Shown here: positions 26,907 to 35,400 of the stretch, piece after piece
How the letters are laid out: each line of letters opens with the position of its first letter
How positions within the stretch are numbered: position 1 is the stretch's first letter
DNA from: Nitrospirae bacterium GWC2_57_9
GTDB lineage: Bacteria; Nitrospirota; UBA9217
Length of the DNA stretch: 36,933 nt
Reading direction: 5' to 3'
Assembly: GCA_001805085.1 (NCBI GenBank)
Contig: MHEA01000034.1
Location: forward strand, 1-36,933
Made by a program: the position numbers and the translations under genes
Notes under the pieces: model-generated
Databases searched by the model: none
What the model was told of the DNA's origin: nothing
Seen by the model: only the letters and a program-made list of their open reading frames with translations

Positions 26907-27458
26907 TCAGCTCCCGCAGCTATCTGCGGTATTTTTCCCAGAGCCGTAGACCCAGTCATGCCGTTTGCTCATTAACGCCCTCAGGTCCATGCGGATCTCC
27001 TCTGTGGTAGGACGCCCCACATACCACCACCCGTTATATATCTTATAAATCGTACGATCGTGATCCAGGATAAAGGTATAGGGTATATATATTTCTCCGT
27101 GAATCTTGTCGGTCGTGTCCGCCATTTCCAGCTCATGCAGCAGCTTGCGGTCGGTATCCATCAGAAAGGGAAAGTCCGCGGCCAGCGAATTTCGGGTCTC
27201 GTTCGTATTCATGTGATCGTCGACCGAAACAATGATCATGTGACAGTAATTGACCCTCAATTCCGGCTGGAGCTGCACAACGTAGTTCGTCAACTGACGA
27301 CGGTCCTTGGGTCAGAAATAGCCGCGGCTGAAAACGAGAACGCCGGGCATGTTCCGAAGTAAATGGGACAGTTTCTTACGATTGCCGGACTGGTCCGGCA
27401 GCTCGAAGTCGGGAAAATGCGCACCGACCTTCAAGTCCGATCGCATTGGATAATTCAT
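26907..27458 (-). CDS. AhpC/TSA-redoxin-fold protein with in-frame TGA at the active-site Cys position (candidate selenoprotein)
   Basis: The frame of track ORF 26907..27293 stays open upstream through a single TGA (27314-27312) to ATG 27458 (GGAGG 10 nt upstream). It reads MNYPMRSDLKVGAHFPDFELPDQSGNRKKLSHLLRNMPGVLVFSRGYF-TGA-PKDRRQLTNYVVQL... The thioredoxin-fold context xxVLVFxRGxx(C/U)Pxxxxxxxx is preserved. Confidence 0.7.
27285..27314 (-). promoter_or_regulatory. Candidate bacterial SECIS hairpin downstream of UGA
   Basis: The mRNA reads UGA-CCCAAGGACC-GUCGUC-AGUU-GACG(A)AC. That is a 5-6 bp stem with a GU-containing tetraloop at +20 to +23 from the U of UGA. Confidence 0.5.
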
Positions 27459-27668
27459 TAAACGGAAACCTCCTCGTCATTTTTCAAATCGATTACCTTA
27501 ATATATCTCACCACAACGCTATTATTGCTGTCTCTCGCGCTGGATTCAACATACTATTGATACTTCTAACTCCTCAAAATGCGCTCTTAGCACCTTCTCT
27601 GTACGGTAAATCCATCTGTTTTGTGATATGTAGAAAGAGAATGAAGATCAACAGAGGAGGGAATAGTT

Positions 27669-27962
27669 ATGCCGGCTTATTTAATACTCTTTAAATATAC
27701 CCAAAAAGGGACGGCAGCGATCAAAGAAAGTCCCAGGAGAGTGGAACAGGCAATGGAGATTGCCAAAAAGCTCGGTGGCAGCGTAAAGACCTTTTATCTG
27801 CTGATGGGACAATTCGATACCGTCTTTTTGCTTGAAGCGCCTGATGACGAAACTGCGACGAAGATTTCCCTGGCCATAAGTGCACTGGGAAACGTGAGTA
27901 CCCAGACCCTGAGAGGTTTTGCTCTCGACGAGTTCGAAAAGATGATATCGGAAATGCCGTAA
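27669..27962 (+). CDS. GYD-domain protein
   Basis: 97 aa. MPAYLILFKYTQKGTAAIKESPRRVEQAMEIAKKLGGSVKTFYLLMGQFDTVFLLEAPDDETA fits the GYD family (GQFD replaces GxYD). A strong SD precedes it. Confidence 0.72.
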   Translation: MPAYLILFKYTQKGTAAIKESPRRVEQAMEIAKKLGGSVKTFYLLMGQFDTVFLLEAPDDETATKISLAISALGNVSTQTLRGFALDEFEKMISEMP

Positions 27963-28018
27963 CCCGGCCGAACGGCCTCGACTGCATCGAGCCTCACTTT
28001 CCTGTTTGAGGAAATGCC

Positions 28019-28549
28019 GTGAGAACGATTCTTGTCATGCCGATCGGCCATGTGGATCGGGAAACGATCGATTTCATAACAGGAGCTATACGGGAAACCG
28101 GTGAGTGCGATATCATACAGGGCGAACCGATTCCCGTGCCTCAAAAGACCTTTAACGCTCGAAGAAGTCAATACAACTCCACAAGGATATTGAAAGCGCT
28201 CGAGGGTCTAAAGCCCGATACCTATGAACGGCTCCTCGGCGTGCTGGATGAAGACCTCTATGTTCCTGAGCTTAACTTTGTTTTCGGAGAGGCCGATATG
28301 ATTGCCCGGGTCGCCGTGATCGGCCTTCCCCGGCTGCGCCAGGAGTTCTACGGGTTGGAGCCGGACCGCGCTCTCTTTCTCAGGAGAGCGGCAAAGGAAG
28401 CAGTGCACGAGCTGGGGCACTTAAAAGGTCTCGGCCATTGTCCTGTTCCCCGGTGCATTATGCATTTTTCAAACAGCCTCGCGGAGACGGATATGAAGGA
28501 AGCGAAGTTCTGTGCCCAATGCAGAAACAAATTGAACGAGTTAAGATGA
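28019..28549 (+). CDS. amzA: Archaemetzincin-type zinc metallopeptidase
   Basis: 176 aa. HELGHLKGLGHC matches the HExxHxxGxxHC motif, and a C-terminal CxxC (CAQC) is present. The start is GTG, after GAGGAA. Confidence 0.85.
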   Translation: MRTILVMPIGHVDRETIDFITGAIRETGECDIIQGEPIPVPQKTFNARRSQYNSTRILKALEGLKPDTYERLLGVLDEDLYVPELNFVFGEADMIARVAVIGLPRLRQEFYGLEPDRALFLRRAAKEAVHELGHLKGLGHCPVPRCIMHFSNSLAETDMKEAKFCAQCRNKLNELR

Positions 28550-28707
28550 CTTTATGGGTATCAGCGCTCTCTATGCAGCAACAAAGCGAACGCCAAAACA
28601 GGGGCCTCCGCGGAAGCCGGGAGGACCTCCCAGACCTTCACCGCCCAAGCCGAAACCCCCAAAACCACGGCCGTCGAAGGTGTGAACTAATAATTAAGGA
28701 GAAGGTA

Positions 28708-29124
28708 ATGAAAGGATACGTAGTCGATATCGAAAAGGCGACAAAGGAAAACGGCAACTTCCGCAAAGTGCTTTATACCGCGAAAAACAGCCAGCTGGTG
28801 TTGATGTCGTTGAGGCCGGGTGAAGACATCGGCGAAGAGGTGCACGACCTGGACCAGTTCATCAGAATAGAAGCAGGAACGGGAAAGGCAATGCTGGACG
28901 GTGTCGAACATGGGATCGAGGACGATTACGCCATCGTCATTCCCGCTGGAGCCAGACACAACATCATAAATACCTCGATAGACTCGGAAATGAAGCTCTA
29001 CAGCATCTATTCGCCTCCGGAGCATCGGGAAGGTGTGATCCACAAAACCAAGGCCGAGGCTATGGCCGATAATGAACAATTCGATGGAAGAACCAGCGAG
29101 CTGCTTGTTGGCTCCAGAGGCTGA
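28708..29124 (+). CDS. Cupin-domain protein
   Basis: This is the inner part of track ORF 28438..29124. ATG 28708 follows TAAGGAGAAGG. The cupin motifs are GEDIGEEVHDLDQFIRIEAG and IPAGARHNIIN. Confidence 0.75.
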   Translation: MKGYVVDIEKATKENGNFRKVLYTAKNSQLVLMSLRPGEDIGEEVHDLDQFIRIEAGTGKAMLDGVEHGIEDDYAIVIPAGARHNIINTSIDSEMKLYSIYSPPEHREGVIHKTKAEAMADNEQFDGRTSELLVGSRG

Positions 29125-29419
29125 AGCACGAGGAGTGCCGGGGATTGTGACGATAAAAGCAGGCTGAGGCCTGATGCTGACGCATCCCTCGCGGGAAATG
29201 CATAGAGAAGCACGGGTGTCGATAATACTTAATACCGGTGCATATGCTGTGAGTACTGTGGATAAAGTTATGTCTTTCACGCATAAGCGCTGCATTATAT
29301 AGCCCGATTAATACTTCGGACCTAAAAATGGATTGTATTACAAAATGCTGCTAAAAAATTTGCGTAAAAAATTATTCTACTCACATGCTTTTACGTGCAG
29401 TTCTGCTATATTCCATAAT

Positions 29420-29641
29420 ATGGAACTAAAGCCGTTTATATTCATCATGCGTTCACCCAACGGGCAAGAATATGAGATGGCGGTGCCTGCCCGTAGAGAA
29501 AGTGACGCCGAGCGTCTATTGAAGAACCTTCTGGACGCGCTCAATTCCCGGGATAAGATTCTTTTTCTGAAAGCCTCTGAAGGCGCCTCCGGCTTGATTG
29601 ATGCCGAAGAACGTAACCCTCCTACTCTTCAATTGGGCTGA
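29420..29641 (+). CDS. Hypothetical small protein
   Basis: This is the inner ATG of track ORF 29333..29641 (MELKPFIFIMRSPNGQEYEMAVPARRESDAERLLKNLLDALNSRDKILF...). There is no SD and no recognisable family. Confidence 0.3.
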   Translation: MELKPFIFIMRSPNGQEYEMAVPARRESDAERLLKNLLDALNSRDKILFLKASEGASGLIDAEERNPPTLQLG

Positions 29642-29749
29642 TAAGAACGTCATGCAAAAATAAAGAACCGAACTGATAGTAGCCTTTGTTTTATTTCCGC
29701 CTCTTAACCTTTCTCCTCATCCGGATCGTCCCCAGAACCGGAAACTGCA

Positions 29750-30268
29750 TTACAGATTAATCTTGAGGCCCATCTCATTTTTCATATGCAGCAACGCTTC
29801 GGCATTGCCCATCGCATCATCCACCGGATGGTGCGTGTGAATCGTTTTCCTGAGATGCTTGAAATTCTGCCGGCTGTCCTTGACCAGACCTTTGTACAGC
29901 GAGCCGAGGTCGGTAGACCTGAATCCGAAGGGGTTTGATCCGATAAAATGATGAAAGTACCAGCTTATGAACTGCCAGTCAAAGCCTATATTATCGGCGA
30001 TGAACGTCGGCCGGGTTTTCACTTCGTCCCTGATCCAGTTCGCGAACTTCTGCATCACATCCTTCGGTTCTTCGAATTGCAGCGTTTCCTCGCGGGTGAA
30101 TCCCGCTATTGCCAAAGACGGAGGGTCCCACTTTTCGGAAATCGGTTTCAAACGTCCATAAAAAACACGGTTCAGGCCGGGCTCAACGATGACTGCTCCG
30201 AAACAAATCATCGAATAATCGCCGGGGATCGGTCCATCTGCTTCGATATCAACCATTACGTAAGCCAT
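29750..30268 (-). CDS. DEDDh 3'-5' exonuclease (DnaQ/RNase T-like fold)
   Basis: 172 aa with VDIEADGP (Exo I), IADNIGFDWQF (Exo II) and HHPVDDAMGNA (Exo III, H-x4-D). Confidence 0.78.
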   Translation of the reverse strand: MAYVMVDIEADGPIPGDYSMICFGAVIVEPGLNRVFYGRLKPISEKWDPPSLAIAGFTREETLQFEEPKDVMQKFANWIRDEVKTRPTFIADNIGFDWQFISWYFHHFIGSNPFGFRSTDLGSLYKGLVKDSRQNFKHLRKTIHTHHPVDDAMGNAEALLHMKNEMGLKINL

Positions 30269-30560
30269 AGGTCACCCTCAAATGCTCATTGTCCATGATT
30301 CATTATAAACCTTTATGGAAATATCGCAGCCTGCCCACAACAGCATCCATGCATTCTGATACAATAAAAAAATTGTGAAATGAGATCAGTGTCATTCCAG
30401 TAATGGGAACCCAAAGGGCCGGATGAGCAGTGATGCTCAAATAAACCCGCCTCTCCTCAAAAACCATTTATCGCGGCCTGGACGAGAATCTGCGGAAGGG
30501 AGGAGCGGATCGTTTAAGTAAAAATTCAGAATTAAGAATAAAGGAGCGATCTCACATTTA

Positions 30561-30694
30561 CTTTGCGTCTTTGCGCGAGACAAGAATCTGCTTTTTATGT
30601 TAAATCTAAAATGTGTTCACCACACGAAGTCACGAAGGCACGAAGCAAGACTTGCAGATTCTTATCTTTAACCTTGTGGCTCTGTGCCTCTGTG
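30561..30694. repeat. Family C repeat, partial/variant copy 2
   Basis: It contains ctttgcgtctttgcgcgagac (30561-30581, a shortened version of the 29-bp repeat), cacgaagtcacgaaggcacgaag, the inner inverted repeat caagaatctgc / gcagattcttatc, and gtggctctgtgcctctgtg. Confidence 0.6.
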
Positions 30695-30926
30695 TCGGCC
30701 CTGCTTGATGCCTGCGAACGGAAGATCCGGGGGGAACGCTTGCTTATCCCGGAGGAGCTGTACGGCCCAGCACGAATACGGAGCATGCGGCGGTTCCTCA
30801 AAAGAGAGAACATTTATCAGACATCGTGGTTGCAAGAGCGATATGAAACGAGAGCCAGAAAGAACCTGCAGAGATCGATGCAAAGTCCAGGCAGACAAGG
30901 TAAACCATACAAAGGAGAAACCAGCT

Positions 30927-31454
30927 ATGAAAGGATTAACTCAGTCAGGGATACTTATCATTGTTCTGGCATTTGCGGCAACTGTTTCAGCGGATGAAAC
31001 AGTCGTTCAGATGAATCTTATTAATGAACGCGGTATCGGGAAGGCGATCGGAATGATTGCGCTTTCAGACACCACGACAGGGCTTAAACTGACGCCTGCG
31101 CTCAGCGGCCTTACCCCCGGATTTCACGGCTTCCACGTACACGAGAGGCCCGATTGCGGTCCGGGAGTAAAGGACGGCAAAATTCAGGCAGGAATCGCTG
31201 CAGGCGAACACTACGATCCGGCCGGAACGGGCAAACATGAAGGCCCAGCAGGGAAGGGACATCTGGGAGACCTGCCTTATTTGACAGTGGGGCAGGACGG
31301 AAAGGCTTCAACAGTCCTGTTGGCTCCGCGCCTCAAGCTATCCGACATAAAAGGCCGTTCGTTCATGATTCATGCCGGTGAAGATAACTACAAAGATGAA
31401 CCGGCGCCGCTGGGCGGCGGAGGCGGAAGAGTGGCGTGCGGAGTGATCAAATGA
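30927..31454 (+). CDS. sodC: Periplasmic Cu/Zn superoxide dismutase
   Basis: This is the inner part of track ORF 30684..31454. ATG 30927 follows AAAGGAG. It has a signal peptide (MKGLTQSGILIIVLAFAATVSA). Motifs seen are FHGFHVHE, GHLGDLP and GGGGGRVACGVI. Confidence 0.9.
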   Translation: MKGLTQSGILIIVLAFAATVSADETVVQMNLINERGIGKAIGMIALSDTTTGLKLTPALSGLTPGFHGFHVHERPDCGPGVKDGKIQAGIAAGEHYDPAGTGKHEGPAGKGHLGDLPYLTVGQDGKASTVLLAPRLKLSDIKGRSFMIHAGEDNYKDEPAPLGGGGGRVACGVIK

Positions 31455-31520
31455 AAGATTGCTTTTTCAATAATAATACAAATAGGCGAAATTAACCCTT
31501 TTAAAGCAGGCGCGGCTGTT

Positions 31521-31721
31521 CGCTCGACATCAGCCATTGCGATCGTTTCCGTTATTTCAATGGCGCATATCATGAAAATGAAGGTCGTGGCCGAAGGCGT
31601 GGAGACGGAGGAGCAGCTTGAATTTCTTATTAAGACGGGCTGCGATGAGATGCAGGGTTTCCTCTTCAGCGAGCCGATGACAGCGGAGAAGTTCGTGGAA
31701 CTGATGACCGTGGACACATAG
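31521..31721 (+). pseudogene. C-terminal remnant of an EAL-domain (c-di-GMP phosphodiesterase) gene
   Basis: Own translation: ...[66 protein letters not shown]. This is the last 60-65 residues or so of an EAL domain (AEGVET...QG(F/Y)LFS.P). No upstream EAL sequence, start codon or SD is present. Confidence 0.65.
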
Positions 31722-32473
31722 CGATCGCTGCCCGGCAGCGCGTACATACTTCAAATACTCCGTCTTTCAACCGGTAAATTGTGGGAATCATCAGAAGGCC
31801 TGCGATGCAACTTCGTAGGTGTACTCCCCACCCCCTGCACCCCTGCTTTTCCAGTCCTCTTTTCTCTAAAATACCTGCTTATTTCTTCCCGCCCGGCCAG
31901 CTCCATCATATCCTCCGATTTGATTTCTCGAAGGAGAGGTGCGAGGTCGTGTTCCGCATGATGAAACCGTGACGGGAAAGAATCATCTGCAGGCCGGATG
32001 TCCTGTCATTTGAGGACTCGCTATGAGATAGCGGCACAACTCCGTGTTCGGTCGTCCCTGCCGGCCTTGCCCGATACATATCTGAATGCCTGCCTGAATC
32101 CACGGTATAAACATCTTGCTATAGTAATATTTTCATGCTATAAAAGAATCGTTTTCACCGGCCTTTTTTATCTATTCTATCAACAACCATTAAATACCTT
32201 TCAGTGCTCAGTCTTTACCCCGTTGTTCCATAACTCATTCGAACCGACCGGGTTCAATCTCGTTAATTCAGTTCTGAATGATCTTTGTATAGACCTACCC
32301 AAAAAAATTATTTGGAAACGGATAAAATCTGATCAACACGGACTTACAAAGAACAACAACCCGTTCATGGTTCTCTAAAAGGGGGAGATGTTTGTTCTAT
32401 CGCGCCGTTTTCCGTGTTCATCCGTGTCCAACTGCCTTTTTCCGGTTAATAAAAACTGGAATAACATACCATC

Positions 32474-35400
32474 ATGAGAGTAGATAAAATCAACCTATCG
32501 CCTCGGACCATATTGGCCGGAGTCTGTACACTCTCGGCGTTGCCCATCCTGATCGTCGTATTGTTCCCCGGCTATTTTAACTTCGTAATCGCCCCCGCCC
32601 CCTACGTCGTTTTTCACAATATCGCCGAGTTCTTCAGCATAATGGTCTCGCTGTCCATATTCGGCATTGGCTGGTACACTTATGACCAGACCGGGGACCG
32701 GCACTCGCTTTTCCTGAGCACGGGTTTCCTCGCCATCGGGCTCATGGATTTCATGCATACCCTGGGCAATGCCGCCATGCCTGCCTTCGTAACACCCAAT
32801 TCCTCCAACAAGTCAACCCAGTTCTGGATTTCAGTCAGATTATTTCAGGCAGCCGTGTTCCTGGTCAGCGCTTTCATTTATTCAGGGGATCAACGCCGCT
32901 GGTTGTCGAAACGGATCCTGCTTTCGGCGGCCCTTCTTGTGCCGGGTACGGTCTTCGCCGGCATCACTTTCTTCCCCTCCTCTGTGCCTGATACGTTCAT
33001 TCAAGGTGTAGGGCTCACCCCTTTTAAAAAATATTCCGAATTCCTGGTCGTCGGCCTTCTGTGTCTGTCCCTGGCCGCATACTGGCAACGGATGGCGAGA
33101 TCGGGAAGCAGGCTGCTCCTCTATTATCTTGCCGCCTTGATCGTCAGCATCTTCAGCGAAATCTGCTTTGCGGTCTACACCAGGGTGTTCGACACCTACA
33201 ATGTTGTCGGACACATCTATAAAGTGGCGGCCTTTTCCCTCATTTATAAAGGCATATTCATTGTATCGGTGAAAGACCCGTATTCAAAACTTGCGGAGGG
33301 AGAACATGCAAGACGTCTTGCCTCGTTCCCGGAACTGAATCCGAACCCCGTTCTGGAGGTCGCCCCTTCCCGCGAGATTACATTTTTCAACCCTGCCACG
33401 GAAAAGACGCTCGTAAACCTCGGGATGGACAAAAACGATCCGGGCGTTTTCCTGCCCGGTGATATTGAAGCAATTTTACGGGACTTGGAGAAAAAAACTG
33501 AATCGACTTTATCTCGCGAGGTCACATTAAAAGACAGGGTCTTCGGCCAAACTATCTACCTTACTCCTCAGTTCAATGTGGCGAGGGTATATGTAAACGA
33601 TATCACCGGGCGCAAGCGGATGGAGGAGGAACGCGAGCGGCTGCTTGCCGAGGTACGGCGCCAGACTGCGGAACTTGGCGTTCAGCAGATTGAGTTGCAG
33701 GCGCAGAACGAAGAACTGCGGACAGCACAGGTTGAGCTGGAAGCCTCCCGCCGAAATTATGCGGATTTATACAATTTTGCTCCTCTCGGCTATTTTACGC
33801 TCGACACGAACGGTATTATTCTGGAGGTAAATCTTGCCGGAGCGAATCTCCTCGGGATAGACAAACAATTTCTTCTCAACAAACCGTTTTCCGTTTTTAT
33901 AGCCGGGCCTGATGATAGTGAAGTTCTCAGAAGGCATCGAAAAACGACTTATACCTCACAAAACAGACAGTCATGCGACCTTGCCTTAAAACGAAAAGAC
34001 GGCAGTATTTTTTATACCCATCTTGAAAGCATAGCGGTTGAAAACATAGATGGGAAGGCTGGCTATATCCGAACGGCGGTAATAGACATTACCGAGCGCA
34101 AGCGGGCTGAAGAGGCCCGCTCCCGTCTTTCAGCAATAGTAGAGTCTTCAGAGGACGCGATCTCCAGTACGAATATGGATGGTATTCTCCTCACCTGGAA
34201 CAGGGGCGCTGAAAAAGTATACGGGTATCATGCAGATGAGGTAATCGGAAAACACGTATCGATCCTTTACCCGCAGGAACGGTCCTCTGAACTCCCTCAA
34301 CTTATCGAAAAAATAAGCTGCGGAGAGAGTATTGAACGCTTTGAGACGGTGCGGGTCAGAAAAGACGGAAAAACCGTTCAGGTTTCCATCACGCTTTCTC
34401 CGGTCAAAGACTCAGCCGGGAATATGGTCGCGGTCTCCGCGATAACCCGTGATATCACAATTCAAAAGCAGGCCGAGGAGGCGCTACTCAAAGAACACCG
34501 CGAAATTGCGCTGGCAAACAGGCTTCTTGATGTATTTGTTAAAGAAACAGGGAATGACCTGTATGACAAGGCCCTGAACATCATGCTTGAGGCGATGGAA
34601 AGCCGGCACGGCGTATTCGGCTACATCGATGAGCAGGGTGACTTGATCTGCCCAACCATGTCGAAGCTCTTCGACCAGTGTGAGATCGCAGGGAAATGTA
34701 TCTGTTATACGCGGGATAAATGGAAAGGGCTGTGGAGCCGGGCGCTTTTGGAAAAGAAAACCCTTTTTTCAAACAAGACGGCAATAGTCCCAAGGGGTCA
34801 CATGCCGATCCGGAACAATATGGCAGTACCCATACTGTTTCAAGGCAATGTTATCGGCTTGATTAACCTGGCAAACAAGGATACCGGATACACCGAAGAA
34901 GACCGGGACTTTATTGAAGCAATTTCAAACAAAATAGCGCCGGTGCTTTTCGCCTGGATTCAGAAAGAGCTGCGGGAAAACGAACGGAAGCGGGCAAAGG
35001 AGAGAATCAGCCGCCAAAACGCAGTACTTGACGGAATCAATAAAATATTCCGGGAAGCACTCGCCTGCGATACGGAAGATGAACTGGGACGCGCCTGTCT
35101 GAATGTTGCCGAGGAGTTGACTCAGAGCCGGTTCGGGTTTATCAATGAGATGGGTTCTGACGGTTTACTCCATACTATCGCAATCAGCGATCCCGGATGG
35201 GATCTCTGCGCCATGCATGACAAGGCAGGACATTGCAGGCCTCCGGGCAATTTCAAGGTCCACGGCCTGTACGGCCGGGTGATGCTTGATAAAAAATCAT
35301 TTTTCACGAACGACCCGGCTTCCCATCCGGACAGCATAGGCACCCCGGAGGGGCACCCGTTTCTGAAGGCGTTTCTCGGCGTGCCGTTGATCCATGGTGG

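Noticed and set aside
30684-30926. N-terminal 81-codon extension of the sodC ORF, and likewise 28438-28707 upstream of the cupin and 492..1304 upstream of sdhB.
   Set aside because: The extensions translate repeat or low-complexity DNA and lack SD sequences. Internal ATGs with strong SD sequences are followed by a proper signal peptide or a family-typical N-terminus.
31751-31909. A - strand sORF (MMELAGREEISRYFREKRTGKAGVQGVGSTPTKLHRRPSDDSHNLPVERRSI) preceded by GGAGG.
   Set aside because: The composition is not protein-like (charged, low complexity) and no family was recognised. It lies in a region that looks like decayed DNA, so the SD match could be chance. It is worth a TBLASTN look but is not supportable as a feature.
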